64,000 nt of DNA from Microcoleus sp. (GCA_042408215.1 JAYFMW010000028.1:320001-384000), one strand, 5' to 3'. Positions 10,212 through 21,781 are shown, counted from the first letter of the stretch. Translations and numbers: made by a program. Notes: generated from the sequence alone by a model not told the origin.

Positions 10212-12215
10212 TCATTCGTGAATTGTGCCGTCTGGCATAATTGCACCTGCGAGTTTTGCCTTGTCCAGATTTGCCACCCCACTTAGGTTTGCTCCCTTTA
10301 AGTTGGCTTTTTCTAGGTTTGTACCATTCAAATCTGCACCGCGCAAATCGGCCGAGATAAGTGTTGCCCCATTCAAATTTGCGGACACTAAACTTGAGCC
10401 GCAGAGATTAACCTCAGTCAAGTTTGCCCTACTCAAATCTACTGAGTCAAGCGCTACTCCCACCAGATTTACGCCAGTCAGATTAGCATCGCTAAAGTTG
10501 GCACGGCCTAATTTTGTATCTTTCAAATTAGCGTGGCTCAGGTCTGCCGCAACTAGGTTAGCGTACTCTAAATTTGCCTGTTTCAGGTTTGCTCCACTCA
10601 AGTTTGCCACAGCTAGTTTTGCAGATCGAAGGTTTGCTTTGCTCAAGTTAGCTTCACTTAGGTTTGCTGTAGTTAGGTCAGCACCATTCAGATTTGCTTC
10701 ACTCAAATTTGCTGCACTCAGATTCGCCTGAAGCAGTTTTGCGGCCGCCAAATTTGCTTTGGTTAAGTTTGCACCGCTCAAGTTAGCTTCACTCAGGTTG
10801 AAAGAACTCAAGTCAACACCAGCTAGGTTTACGTTGGGAAGTGAAGCATCAGAAACGATTAAGTAAGCACCTGCTTTAACAGGGTCAAATCCTCTGGGGA
10901 AGATAGTCTGTGCGTTGCACAGCGCTTGTTCAAGTTTTGCTCCCTCAAGGTTTGCCCCTTCAAGGTTTGCCTCGAATAGGTTAGTATTACTTAGGTTTGC
11001 ATTACTCAAATCAGCCTTATAATTGTGATTGCCTCAAATTCAACCCAGTTAAGTTTGCATTACTGAGGTTTGCACTGTGATTGTCCCCTGAGACAAATTA
11101 ACAGCTCTGCTGAGATTTAGTCCACTTAAATTAGCTTCACTTAGGTTTGCATACACATAGATTTACTTCACTTAAATTTGCATTGAGAATTGTGCTTTTC
11201 TAAGTTTGATGATTCTAGATTGGCTTTGTGAAGGCTTGCATGAGATAAATTTGCCTCAGTCAGGTTAGCGCCCAGATAAGTTTGCTTCAGAGAGTTCTGC
11301 ACCGCTGAGATTAGCGTTACTCAGGTTGACACGAACCAGGGATTTTCCGCTCAGATTTACTCCTGCTAAATTAACTCCAGTAAAATCTCGTTCTCCCTCA
11401 TCATACCGTTGCAAAAATTCCTCAGCACTAATAGCTGGTTCCAGATTTTCTAGTCCAGAATCATCTATTTTTGCCTCTTCCTGAGATTGCACAGTATCCG
11501 CATTCACAGGAGTAGCAGCCGGCTGTTCTACCGCTTTGCTAGATACCGCCTCTTCCCGCAATAACCGATCCACCCGATCGCTAAAAAGCCTCAAAACCTC
11601 AGCATCATCAACCTTCCCACCAGCATTCGCGCCCTGAGTAACCGCATTCTCAACATAATACTTATCCACAAAACTTTGCAACCCAGCATTATATCCCTGT
11701 CCCACCGCCTGAAACCTCCATTCCCCATTCTTTATGTACAAACGTCCAAACTCTAAAGCCGTTTCTTCGGAAAATATCTGATTCAAATTGTACCGAACCA
11801 GTTCGCTTTCCGTCTCTGAATTGTAAAGCCGGATAAACGCATTTGTAACTTGACTAAAACTTTGATTCTTTTGCTGTACCTCGTGCAAAGTAACAACAAA
11901 CACAATTTCCTGAATCGCCGAATTGATTTTACTCAAATCCACATAAACCGTCTCATCATCTCCCTCTATTTGTCCATTCCTGCTGTCTCCTGAATGCCGC
12001 ACCGCACCGTCTGGCGATGTCAAGTTGTTGTAAAATACAAAATACTTTTCATCGGGAATGCGACCGTCCGCCGCTAACATAAAAACAGATGCGTCAATGT
12101 CGCAGTTTTGTGCTGTCTGGCTGACTTGCCAACCTAGGGCGATCGCCAATTTATTGAAATTAGGAACTTCCTGAGAAAGATTAAATCTCTCACCCTTAGT
12201 TAATTCGATGCTCAT
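10212..12215 (-). pseudogene. TerD-domain / pentapeptide-repeat fusion broken by several frameshifts at about 11010-11270 (fragments 11265-12215 and 10212-11009)
   Basis: TerD motifs (DIDASVFML, GDDETV, GEWRFQAVGQG) then A(D/N)LxxA repeats that continue across shifting frames. Confidence 0.75.
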
Positions 12216-12249
12216 ATGCGATAATTTCCTTACCTCAGAAATAGACTTG

Positions 12250-12311
12250 TAGGGTGCGTCAGACGAAGTTTTAGAGAGATTCTCGATGATTTTGGTTCTG
12301 ACGCACCTTAC
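12250..12311. repeat. GTAG-type REP doublet (GTAGGGTGCGTCAGA...TCTGACGCACCTTAC)
   Basis: Inverted repeat; related to REPs at 32506, 45561, 61529. Confidence 0.75.
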
Positions 12312-12358
12312 GAATAATGCCGATCGCGTAAGTCGTAATAATATTAATTATCTCATCT

Positions 12359-13144
12359 ATGTTAACCCGATCGCAAATTGGATTTTATCTCGAAGACATC
12401 GAAACCCGAATTGGTAGAACCGTCAATTTAACTCTTACCGGACTCATTCTCCTATCTTCCGCCAGCTTCATCGCCGAAACTTACCCACTTGCGGAACCTG
12501 TGAGAATTAATTTGCAAACTCTCGATACCGTCCTTTTAATCGTTTTTGCCGTTGAGTATTTATTGCGGCTGTGGTGTGCCGAAAATAAAGTTAAATTTGT
12601 TTTTAGTTTTTTTTCTATTATTGACTTGGTTGCAATATTACCATTTTTTCTGGGATTTGTCAATGTCAGTTTTATTCGCATTTTTCGCTGGTTTAGAATT
12701 CTCAGACTCATCCGCTTTCTGGAATTGAAAATTTCTATTTTCCGCATCAGCACCGAAGATGGCGTGATTTTTTCTCGGATATTGTTTACCTTATTGGCAA
12801 TAATTTTTGTTTATTCTGGTCTGATTTATCAAGTCGAACATCCGGCAAATCCTGAAGGTTTTGGCACTTTTTTGGATGCCGTTTATTTCTCCGTTGTCAC
12901 TATGACTACGGTGGGATTTGGCGATGTTATTCCGATTTCGGAAGCGGGCCGCTTTTTGACTATTTTGATGATTTTGACCGGAATTGCCCTGATTCCTTGG
13001 CAGTTGGGGGATTTAATTAAGCAATTAGTTAAAACTGCAAATCAGGTAGAAACTGTTTGTACAGGTTGCGGTTGGTCTGTACATGATACTAATGCTAGAT
13101 TTTGTAAAATGTGCGGCACTCACTTAGATAATGGTAAGGGGTAA
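12359..13144 (+). CDS. Voltage-gated-type potassium channel / ion transporter
   Basis: S4-like [14 protein letters not shown], selectivity filter TTVGFGD, C-terminal CxxC...CxxC. Confidence 0.92.
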   Translation: MLTRSQIGFYLEDIETRIGRTVNLTLTGLILLSSASFIAETYPLAEPVRINLQTLDTVLLIVFAVEYLLRLWCAENKVKFVFSFFSIIDLVAILPFFLGFVNVSFIRIFRWFRILRLIRFLELKISIFRISTEDGVIFSRILFTLLAIIFVYSGLIYQVEHPANPEGFGTFLDAVYFSVVTMTTVGFGDVIPISEAGRFLTILMILTGIALIPWQLGDLIKQLVKTANQVETVCTGCGWSVHDTNARFCKMCGTHLDNGKG

Positions 13145-13272
13145 TTGGGAATTGGGAATTGGGCATTGGGCCTTGGGAATTGGGCCTTGGGAATTGGGCA
13201 TTGGGCATTGGTAGTTACTCACAAATAACAAATAACAAATAACAAATAACAAATAACAAATAACAAATAACA
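13143..13272. repeat. STRR arrays (ATTGGGA/ATTGGGC then CAAATAA)
   Basis: Tandem 7-mers. Confidence 0.9.
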
Positions 13273-13276
13273 ACTG

Positions 13277-13379
13277 ATATCACTTCCGATAGCATCGGAA
13301 TTATTCATTTCTCTGATCTCCCTCTGCGTTCTCTGTGGCCTCTGTGGTTAAATCATTCCGATGCAACCGGAAACGATAT
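13277..13379. mobile_element. ~100-bp MITE (ATATCA..TCCG...CGGA..GATAT termini)
   Basis: Related copies at 43917-44016, 60389-60511, 41758-41839. Confidence 0.75.
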
Positions 13380-13386
13380 GACTTCT

Positions 13387-14733
13387 TTAAGCTAAAGGCA
13401 ACAAAATTTCAAACTCGGTATTCTGGCCTGGTTGCGATCGCACATTCAGTTTGCCGCCGTGCTTTTCTATGACGATTTGATTGCAGATAGCCAGCCCCAT
13501 ACCCGTCCCTTTACCTGCTGGTTTAGTGGTAAAAAAGGTATCAAATATCCGCTCCTGAATTTCTGGGGAAATGCCGGGCCCGTTATCGGCAATGCAAATT
13601 GCTGCCCAATTGCGTTCCTCGGCTTGTAGCACTTTAGTGGTAATTTCTATTTTGGGCTGCCAAGAAGGCGGGCACAGCGTCTCTATTTCTCGATCGGCTG
13701 CGTACTCTGTCAGGGAGTCTAGAGCATTGACTAACAAATTCAAAAACACCTGACTCAACTGACCAGAGTAGCAGCTAACTAGAGGCAGTTCGCCGTAATT
13801 TTTTACCAATTCTATGCCGTCTTTGAAGCGATTTTTCAGAATTAACAGCGTACTGTTAACGCATTCGTGAATGTCTTTCTTCACTGGCTTAGTCTCGTCC
13901 ATGTGAGAAAAATTGAGCAGCCCGTTAGCAATTTTTAGCAATTGCTCTCCTCCAAACCTCATCCCTTCTAAAGTTGCCAGCAACTCTTCTTTTAACAAGT
14001 CAAATTCAATCTCTTCTTTTATGTGAGTAATTCGGGGAGACTGTTCGGGCAATTCTTCTTCGTAAGCGGACATTAGCTCGAGCAAATTGTCAAAATAGGA
14101 CAGCATAAAATTTAAATTTCCCCAGATATAGTTAAGGGGATTTCTAATTTCGTGAGCTACCTCTGCGACAATCCTACCCAAACTAGCCATTTTTTCTGTT
14201 TGGATGAGTTGTGATTTGGTTTCCTTTTGGAGCAACTTATTTGTTATTTGGTGAATTCTGGACTGAGCGACCATTAATAGGTGTACATCTAGCAGCCTGT
14301 AAGTCCGATCTTCTGTTTGCACTACTATGGGCTCGTAAACTAATTCTGCTGACCTGTCAAGCGATTCCTGGGCAGCTTCTACGATTAATTTACTACTTTG
14401 CAGCAGCAGTATATCTTTCTTTGAAAACTGATATAACACCTCTATTGGTCGTTTAAAAAACATTTCTAACCCGTAGCGGCAGTTGACTTTTTCAAAAAAT
14501 AGCCGTCGGGAAATTATGCCGACAAACTTGCCCTGACGAGTCAAAATGACGCCGGGAAGCATGGGGTTTTTTTCAAAAGTCAGGGCCACTTCTTTTGCCT
14601 GTTGAGTTAATTCTATTGGGCAGTTGTAAAGTGGCAGGTCTTGGAGAGTTGATTTTAAGGAGAGGTTCCAAGTACAAGTCTCTGGCATATGCAACACTGA
14701 TAAATCCAAGCTAGAATCACGCAAATTAAACAT
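13387..14733 (-). CDS. Sensor histidine kinase with N-terminal CBS-like domain
   Basis: H-box AHEIRNP, N-box NLLVNALD, G-boxes DNGPGI/GTGMGL. Confidence 0.92.
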   Translation of the reverse strand: MFNLRDSSLDLSVLHMPETCTWNLSLKSTLQDLPLYNCPIELTQQAKEVALTFEKNPMLPGVILTRQGKFVGIISRRLFFEKVNCRYGLEMFFKRPIEVLYQFSKKDILLLQSSKLIVEAAQESLDRSAELVYEPIVVQTEDRTYRLLDVHLLMVAQSRIHQITNKLLQKETKSQLIQTEKMASLGRIVAEVAHEIRNPLNYIWGNLNFMLSYFDNLLELMSAYEEELPEQSPRITHIKEEIEFDLLKEELLATLEGMRFGGEQLLKIANGLLNFSHMDETKPVKKDIHECVNSTLLILKNRFKDGIELVKNYGELPLVSCYSGQLSQVFLNLLVNALDSLTEYAADREIETLCPPSWQPKIEITTKVLQAEERNWAAICIADNGPGISPEIQERIFDTFFTTKPAGKGTGMGLAICNQIVIEKHGGKLNVRSQPGQNTEFEILLPLA

Positions 14734-15376
14734 AGATGGAACCTCTATTAAATGTTGTTTGATCGCTCAAAAAAATGCGAGTTATTTGTGATTTGCTATT
14801 TGCTATTTGTGATTTGTGATTTGTGATTTGTTGGTTGTTATTGCCAATAACTAATAACCAATAACCATTACCCATTACCCGTTACCCATTACCCATTACC
14901 CACTACCCACTATTAAATAGTGTAGACTTCCTCAAGGTGAATCTGTCTGTTAAGCAAGTTACAATAGCGCCAGAACCGAAAACCCGATCGCCCTGGTTAT
15001 TGTACGATCAAAATTTTTGTTTCTAAATCAATGTTAATTGATAAGACCTATTGTGCAAGTTAAAGATGTTTCTCATCTACTTTTTAACATAAAATACCCT
15101 GCGATCGCCTATTTTCCTGAAATCATCAAAATTTATCAACTATCTATTGTGATCTGGTATACCATTTGTGCGGTACTGGCAAGGAATCGCATAGCACATC
15201 GCAGGCTTTAAGTCAATCGATTTGAGATTTGAGATTGAAGAAAAGTCTTGCTATAGCAACCTGATTGGTAATGAGGAAGTTTTCAATTGCTGAAATCATT
15301 GATTTTATAGCGTTTCCACATCGACTTCTTCCTTCTTCCTTCTTCCTTCTTCCTTCTTCCTTCAACATCTGCTATA

Positions 15377-15940
15377 TTAATCAACCTCCGGCCAGAGGCG
15401 TTCTAATTGATACCGCCAAGCTGCAAGAGTCTGTTCGCGAGACTCTCGCCCAAGTTCCATTTCGCCCATCAATCCCTCTGCGTAAAAACGGTCTAAAGTC
15501 TGAAGGGTAGTTTCCACGGACTGTCCCTGCATCTTGGCCGCTTTGATGATTTGACGGATACGGGTTTCGATCAAGTCGCCGAAAAAGTCGGACAAACCTC
15601 GCTGCTGTAAAGCCAGCAGTCTGGCGACGGCGGCCGCAAAATCTGCGGTGGCGGTGGTGGCAAAATTATGTTGAAATACACCCCACAAGAGGTTTTGATG
15701 TATGGCGTAGCGAGTTTCCAGGGTGGTGTCAAAGTTAGCTTCTAGCAGTTGGTCTAAAAATGGTTGAGCTTCTAGGACATCGGCGATGGGTAGCAAAATT
15801 CGCAGCCAACTGCTGTCTTCTGAAAGGAGGACTAACAGCCGAAATTTGGGGGTTTCTACTTCCCAAGAAGTTGATGTCGGTGTCTCAACACTTTCGCCAA
15901 ATAAGTCTTTGAGTGTATTGGTAATTTCTTCTGGATTCAT
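15377..15940 (-). CDS. Conserved hypothetical protein (YbjN/CesT-like fold likely)
   Basis: WLRILLPI, LLEANFD...RYA, LDRFYAEGLMG. Confidence 0.7.
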   Translation of the reverse strand: MNPEEITNTLKDLFGESVETPTSTSWEVETPKFRLLVLLSEDSSWLRILLPIADVLEAQPFLDQLLEANFDTTLETRYAIHQNLLWGVFQHNFATTATADFAAAVARLLALQQRGLSDFFGDLIETRIRQIIKAAKMQGQSVETTLQTLDRFYAEGLMGEMELGRESREQTLAAWRYQLERLWPEVD

Positions 15941-16133
15941 GGTAATTGGTAATTGGTAATTGGGAATTGGGAATTGGGAATTGGGAATTGGGAATTGGGA
16001 ATTGGGAATTGGGAATTGGGAATTGGGAATTGGGAATTGGGAATTGGGAATTGGGAATTGGGAATTGGGAATTGGTGAATTGGTAATTGGTAATTGCTAA
16101 TTGGTAATTGGTAATTGCTAATTGCTAATTGCT
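15941..16133. repeat. STRR array (AATTGGG/AATTGGT/AATTGCT)
   Basis: About 27 tandem 7-mers. Confidence 0.95.
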
Positions 16134-16161
16134 AAACAGACGATGAGTGATGCACAGCAAC

Positions 16162-17730
16162 TTATGGTAGCCAGCGGGGGTGATAGCCTGCAAAGGGTAG
16201 TTCTTCTGGCTGCACTTTTGGTTGAGAACCGTCTGCGGGTATTTCTACTAAGGGTAGCAGCCAAAGGCGACTGCTGGCGATCGACTGTCCGCTGTCATTG
16301 CGGGGAGTGGCTGCTGTTGAGGGTTTGGCTGATGTGACTGATTGGTCGAAAATTAATGCCAGTCCGTCGGGAGATAAACTGATTTGGGTATCTAATTGGT
16401 TGGGCAAAATCAGCAGCGGTTTGATGGTTCCTACTAAACGAGTGCCATCTTTTTTGAGGTCGATGGTGGCGATAAAAGGCTGTTCTTTGTAGCTTTCTGT
16501 TTTGAGGCGTTCGGCTAACAAGCAGTAGAGACGCTGGAATTGGTTGTCTTTGTTTTTGCGGGGGTCGAAATAGACGGCGATAATGCTGCCGGGAATTCGC
16601 AATATTTCTTGTTCTACGCCTTGGTTATCTAAGATGAAAAGCGATCGGGTAAAGTCGCCGTTATATTTAACATAAGCTGCGACGGAGTTGTCGCGGGCCA
16701 TGCCTAATACTTGTTCGTATTTTGGCAATAATTCTACGGGATCTGCTTCCGGTTGTAGGGGGACGATCGCTAATCCTTGTTTTTGAGATATTACCATCGA
16801 TTTGCTGTCGGGCCGAATCATAAAATCCCCGCCTTGTTGATTTTCCAATCGTCGGGGGGGTATTTTTTCTTCAATAATCCAAGGACTGAAATCTCCGGGA
16901 TTGCGACGGTTGACGCGCATAATAACTATGGTTTTGCCATCGGCTGAGAGGTCAAATTTGAGGTTTTGATAATCTTTGGAGTCTAATAGTTTGTCGATTC
17001 TACCTGCTGGCTGCGGCGGCTGGGATTCTGTTCCGGGAGATTGGGGATTGATGCCGGTGGTGACTGTGAATAGTTCTTGGGTTAGGGTGCCGCCTGCTTG
17101 GGCTTGCGATCGATCTGTTGCTGAGAATAAGAGGCGATCGCTATTAGGATAGGGTTTAAAATCGGTAACGACTAAATCTTTGGGAGTTAGCGGTATTGGT
17201 TTCGAGTCGCTGCTTGAGAGATTAACTAACATTAATCTGCTTTCTGTTTCGCCTGTGACGCCGATATAAGCAAAAGCGCGATCGCGACTGCGAAATGAAC
17301 CGCTAAACGGTTGAATTAGGGTTCCTTTATTTTGGTTGTTTTCTCCGAAATACTTGTCGGTTGCTCCTGCGAGTTTTAAGGTGTAGGTAACGCCGTAGGG
17401 TGCTGGGTTGTTGAGTGTGTAAGCCATGCGCCTTCCAGCCCAACTAAATTTGCCGGGGAGAGCAGGTTCTATTTTTAAGTTTTCCTCGACGCTGGAGTGA
17501 TTCATCGGGCGAAAGAAGGTGAGGATAAAGCCGGTATCTTCCGCGCCGATTTGTTTATTTTGCCAGGTAAATTCTCGCACTCGCGGTGCTGTGCGATCGC
17601 CCGACAGCAGCAACAGTCCGATTAATACGCCCAGCACTAGCATCAGGATTATTGCCATGCGGTCGATCGGCTGTTTGAATTGCCCTACAGTCAAGGATGA
17701 AAGATTAATTTTTTGCTTAAAAATACTCAC
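16162..17730 (-). CDS. Membrane-anchored Ig-like / beta-propeller-like protein
   Basis: N-terminal TM, FSWAGRRMAYT Ig-like motif, SPDG motifs; same strand as the permease pair upstream. Confidence 0.75.
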   Translation of the reverse strand: MSIFKQKINLSSLTVGQFKQPIDRMAIILMLVLGVLIGLLLLSGDRTAPRVREFTWQNKQIGAEDTGFILTFFRPMNHSSVEENLKIEPALPGKFSWAGRRMAYTLNNPAPYGVTYTLKLAGATDKYFGENNQNKGTLIQPFSGSFRSRDRAFAYIGVTGETESRLMLVNLSSSDSKPIPLTPKDLVVTDFKPYPNSDRLLFSATDRSQAQAGGTLTQELFTVTTGINPQSPGTESQPPQPAGRIDKLLDSKDYQNLKFDLSADGKTIVIMRVNRRNPGDFSPWIIEEKIPPRRLENQQGGDFMIRPDSKSMVISQKQGLAIVPLQPEADPVELLPKYEQVLGMARDNSVAAYVKYNGDFTRSLFILDNQGVEQEILRIPGSIIAVYFDPRKNKDNQFQRLYCLLAERLKTESYKEQPFIATIDLKKDGTRLVGTIKPLLILPNQLDTQISLSPDGLALIFDQSVTSAKPSTAATPRNDSGQSIASSRLWLLPLVEIPADGSQPKVQPEELPFAGYHPRWLP

Positions 17731-17804
17731 AAATCTGTCTCTCCTCTTCCTGAACAGAATTTATTCCAAACTTGAAAAATTATGAACTCTCTCCTGTTTG
17801 TTGA

Positions 17805-19175
17805 CTAAAAGAGTTTACCAGGTTCCCAATCGATTGGTAACAGGCGATCGATCGGTAGAGTATGACCAAAATGAAATCTACAAAAAAGTAGAATTCCTAG
17901 CACTCCTAAAAACAATGCTGTCAACTTAATATCCTGCCAAAAACAGAATAGGCCTTCTTTCCAAAGACCGTAGCTAATTACTAAATAAGTAGGAATGTCG
18001 CCGACAGCTACAGCAAGCACAGCACCTAAATTACCCATGAAATGATATCCGATCGGTATGCCAATACTGATACTCAAGAAAGTCACAAAATTGCCCATAG
18101 CTCCGTACTGAGATTTGCCGATGGCTAACAGACAAGAACTCATCAGATTGTGGAGGGTAGTGTGCCAAATTCCTAAAGCCAAAATTGGCAGCATCCAAGA
18201 TGCGGCCGCATACTCTTTTCTGTACAGTGTTAAAATTAGCTGATCTCCAAAACTCACAAAAATTGCTAAACCTATTGCTAAGGGGATCAGAATTAGCTTG
18301 CGGTTTTTGATAATCTTGGCGCGCAATTCCTCGCGCGGCAAGTCGGCTAGCATGGAAATAGAGGGAAAAATCACCCTGCCACCAAGGGCGATGATGACTT
18401 GGCGCGGCATATCGCCGAGGGTGAAAGCGATGCCATAAATGCCCAACATTGTCAAAGAAAATATTTTTCCTAGCACTAGCCGATCGGCTTGAGAACACAG
18501 AAAAAATAAAAGTGTAGACAAAAATATCCATTTCCCATAAGAAAATATTTCTTTAACTGCTTCTCGATCCCAAGCAAAGCGGTTTGATTTGCCGGGAATC
18601 AAAAAATGGCTCCAGACTAACTCCATTAAAGCTCCCGTAAAGCCCCCTGCAACGATCGCCAAGATGCTGGGATTCAAGCAAGCCCAGACAATCATCACTG
18701 TAGTAGAAATTATCTGTAGGCCAAACTCAAAAATTACTACTTGCTTGACTGCCATTTTGCGGTTGAGGCTGAATCTGGCAGTGGAATTCAACCCTCCTAT
18801 CAGGGTGTTTATACCTATCGCGGGAATCAACCACAGGAGACGGGGTTCTTTATAGAAAGTAGCAACAGGCCAGGTGATTAACATTAAACACAACCAAATA
18901 AACAAGCTGCGAATAACTTGCATTGTCCAAGCGGTGTTGATAAATTCTGGTTCTTCTCCACGCTTGTTCTGAATGATACTTGGCCCCAAACCTATATCTG
19001 AAAATAGGTGGACACCTGTGATGAAAACATAGGCGAGACCCATAAGGCCAAATAGTTCTGGCAAAAGCAGGCGTGTCAGAATTAGGTTACTGCCAAATCG
19101 GATAATTTGACTGCCGCCGTAGCTGGCTATCGTCCAGGCTGCACCTTTGATAGCTAGTTTTTTTTCGGATGACAT
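17805..19175 (-). CDS. Oligosaccharide flippase (Wzx/PST family)
   Basis: LTRLLLPELFGL, FSDIGLGPSIIQ, QADRLVLGK; many TM helices. Confidence 0.9.
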   Translation of the reverse strand: MSSEKKLAIKGAAWTIASYGGSQIIRFGSNLILTRLLLPELFGLMGLAYVFITGVHLFSDIGLGPSIIQNKRGEEPEFINTAWTMQVIRSLFIWLCLMLITWPVATFYKEPRLLWLIPAIGINTLIGGLNSTARFSLNRKMAVKQVVIFEFGLQIISTTVMIVWACLNPSILAIVAGGFTGALMELVWSHFLIPGKSNRFAWDREAVKEIFSYGKWIFLSTLLFFLCSQADRLVLGKIFSLTMLGIYGIAFTLGDMPRQVIIALGGRVIFPSISMLADLPREELRAKIIKNRKLILIPLAIGLAIFVSFGDQLILTLYRKEYAAASWMLPILALGIWHTTLHNLMSSCLLAIGKSQYGAMGNFVTFLSISIGIPIGYHFMGNLGAVLAVAVGDIPTYLVISYGLWKEGLFCFWQDIKLTALFLGVLGILLFCRFHFGHTLPIDRLLPIDWEPGKLF

Positions 19176-19278
19176 AAACTCAGGACTTCTTTTATAATTA
19201 CGAGTCTAGTGGGTGGATCTGCTATTGGCAACTGCTACAGAATTCTACTGCCAATGTTTTAGCTGACTGTACCCGATA

Positions 19279-20067
19279 TCAATAATCATAAGGGTTTTTG
19301 GGTTCAGGAATTGGTTTGAGGGAAGAAGCCTGAATTGTCAATTTTCGCTTTCCTTGCAGTTCTGCTGCGATCGCCTCTCCTTCTATTTCTAACCAACTGT
19401 CGGGGGGAAAGGCGGCGCGGGTTTGATTGGGCGGCAGTTTAACTGGCAACCCTACTGGATAAGCGTCCGCAGCACAGCAGGTAATGATAAAACGCCCGAT
19501 CCACAGATATTGTTCTGCTACCTTCGGCGGGTGAATTACAAATCCTTGAACCTTGACTTTTTGACCTTTATATGTATCTGGTTCTGGATTGAAATTTAAC
19601 AGGCGCACCCACTCGACGAGCGATCGATTTTCGGGTTTGGTTGTATTGCGAAATTCTTGGGGTTGCAGTCTGGTGATTGGCAGGGATTCGGTAAGGCCTC
19701 GTTCCAATGCTGTCTGGCTGGTAAATGTACGCGGTGTTGTGGCTAAACCGATTAATGCGACGCTCAACATTAAGGTACTGCCGAAACTGGGGGGAAATAA
19801 AGTAATGTGTTCAACTGCTGCTATTCTGGGAGAGTTGATTGTCGGCGTCCGGGATTTCTTGTTGGCGCGATCGAGCTTTATGAGTTCCCAAGTTTTCAAG
19901 CCGCCAATAATTATTAAGCCGATTCCACCCGCTACAGTCAAGCCAAAGTAATTGGGGTGAATCAGAATGTTTAATTGGCCGGTGATCCAATATTTGAGGA
20001 GCAATATTCCCCAGGCTAAGATAGCTAGGGAGTCCAGCCAAGGGCCGAATTTTTTAAGAGTCACCAT
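19279..20067 (-). CDS. TIGR03943 family putative permease subunit
   Basis: LIHPNY, RFIITCCAADA motif. Confidence 0.9.
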   Translation of the reverse strand: MVTLKKFGPWLDSLAILAWGILLLKYWITGQLNILIHPNYFGLTVAGGIGLIIIGGLKTWELIKLDRANKKSRTPTINSPRIAAVEHITLFPPSFGSTLMLSVALIGLATTPRTFTSQTALERGLTESLPITRLQPQEFRNTTKPENRSLVEWVRLLNFNPEPDTYKGQKVKVQGFVIHPPKVAEQYLWIGRFIITCCAADAYPVGLPVKLPPNQTRAAFPPDSWLEIEGEAIAAELQGKRKLTIQASSLKPIPEPKNPYDY

Positions 20068-20187
20068 GTTAGATTTTAGATTTTAGATTTTAGATTTTAG
20101 ATTGAGGAATTGAAGATTGAATGATTTAGGAGAAATTTAGTAATTGGGAATTGGGAATTGGGAATTGGGAATTTATTGGCCAATCTC

Positions 20188-21267
20188 CTAACCTAGATAT
20201 AAGTTGACGGCGAGAGTCATTAAAAAGGTTAACTGAGCAGCCAGTACCATTAAGTAAATTACTGCTCGCCCCCGAAAAATTGATAGCATTAAACCGATGC
20301 CTTTGAGGTCAATCATCGGGCCGAAAACGAGAAATGCTAACAGCGAACCGCTGGTAAATGTGGCAGCAAAAGATAGGGCAAAAAAGGCATCTACCGTAGA
20401 ACAAATCGACACGACTGTGGCTAATAACAGCATGGCGAGAATGGAAGAAACGGGGCCTTGACCGAGGTTGAGAATTAGTTCGCGGGGGACGCCAACTTGA
20501 ATGATGGCGGCGATCGCACTACCAATGACTAACACACCTCCCAATTCCCGCAACTCCTGTACCATACTATCTAAAAGCAGGCGCAGACGCTCTTTAGAAA
20601 CGCGGTGGAACATGGAGGAAGGTTTCGAGGTTTTTTCGGTTTTGCCTGTTTGTAAGGGCTTCCAGTCGTCTTGTAGCAAAGATTCGATCGGCATCGGGCC
20701 CCCCGGCATACCGAGCATAAATGTCCCCGACTGCAACAGCGACGGAGTTTGAGCTTTTAGTAGCTCTGTTTCGGAGAATTCTGGTTTTGGTAGGGGAATG
20801 GCGCGGGCTACAGAAGGTTGTAGCAGAGGTCGCAAGTCTTTCTGGGCGCTGAATACCCAGCCGATGATTGTGGCTGTGACTAGGGAAAATACCACCCGTA
20901 AAACTACGATTTCTGGCTGATCCCGAAATGCAGTCCAAGTCGCCCAAATCACGATCGGATTGATTGTCGGGGCCGCGAGTAAAAAGCCGATCGCCACCGG
21001 TGCGGGTACTCCCTGCATCAGCAACCTGCGGGCCACCGGCACGTTACCGCACTCGCACACGGGAAACAAAAACCCTACCAAACTGCCGGCTAAAGCCCCC
21101 AGCAGTGGGTTTCGGGGGATGCGGGCTATGAGTTTGCGCTCATCTACAAACCCCAGCAGCAAGCCGGAAAATAAAACTCCCAGCAGCAGAAAAGGTATTG
21201 CTTCTACTAACAAGCTGAGAAACAGGGTGAAAGCATTATTTAACTGATTTGTCAGGGCGGGTTGCAT
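20188..21267 (-). CDS. Permease (DUF318/ArsP-like family)
   Basis: EAIPFLLLG, PVCECGNVP, SICSTVD, GPMIDLK. Confidence 0.9.
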   Translation of the reverse strand: MQPALTNQLNNAFTLFLSLLVEAIPFLLLGVLFSGLLLGFVDERKLIARIPRNPLLGALAGSLVGFLFPVCECGNVPVARRLLMQGVPAPVAIGFLLAAPTINPIVIWATWTAFRDQPEIVVLRVVFSLVTATIIGWVFSAQKDLRPLLQPSVARAIPLPKPEFSETELLKAQTPSLLQSGTFMLGMPGGPMPIESLLQDDWKPLQTGKTEKTSKPSSMFHRVSKERLRLLLDSMVQELRELGGVLVIGSAIAAIIQVGVPRELILNLGQGPVSSILAMLLLATVVSICSTVDAFFALSFAATFTSGSLLAFLVFGPMIDLKGIGLMLSIFRGRAVIYLMVLAAQLTFLMTLAVNLYLG

Positions 21268-21438
21268 CCATCACCTACTCATAAATTGCTGTGCTATCTT
21301 GGGCAGACCCCCTGTCAATCATAGCTCATGACAGCGCTAAGTTAAGATTAAGTTAAAAATCCGTCGCTGTTTTTTTCGAGATTGAATTAAGGAATTGTGT
21401 AAACAATACCGGAGCAATACTAATTGCAATTAGTGTTA

Positions 21439-21596
21439 TACCAATTTAATAGGTCGTTGCACATATCCCGATCCCCCTCGCATCCCCCTTAAAAAGGGAG
21501 TAGGGTGTGAGTAGGGGTTGACTTTGAATTCTTGCTCCCCCTTTTTAAGGGGGCTGGGGGGATCGGATTCTATGCAGCCTCATAAAAAATTGGTAT
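21439..21596 (-). mobile_element. IS630-type MITE, diverged relative of 6931-7096
   Basis: TACCAATTTAAT...AAAAATTGGTAT termini with same C/G-run core. Confidence 0.8.
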
Positions 21597-21781
21597 TAAC
21601 AATAGGTTAACACTTTAAATTCAGGTTAACTCGCAGCTAAATTCTGGAACTAATCGTTAATACCCCAAAAGTCAAGATACAATAAAGTCAGGCCTAATTG
21701 CCGGGGCGCGTCTATCTTGCTTATACTCTATATTGCTTATACTCTGATAAATATAACCTCAAGCTTGGTGCTGATGAATTT

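Noticed and set aside
10225..10731. 168-aa plus-strand ORF
   Set aside because: Antisense shadow of pentapeptide repeats
14947..14962. Possible NtcA site TGTTAAGCAAGTTACA
   Set aside because: Imperfect GTA-N8-TAC match with no supporting promoter spacing
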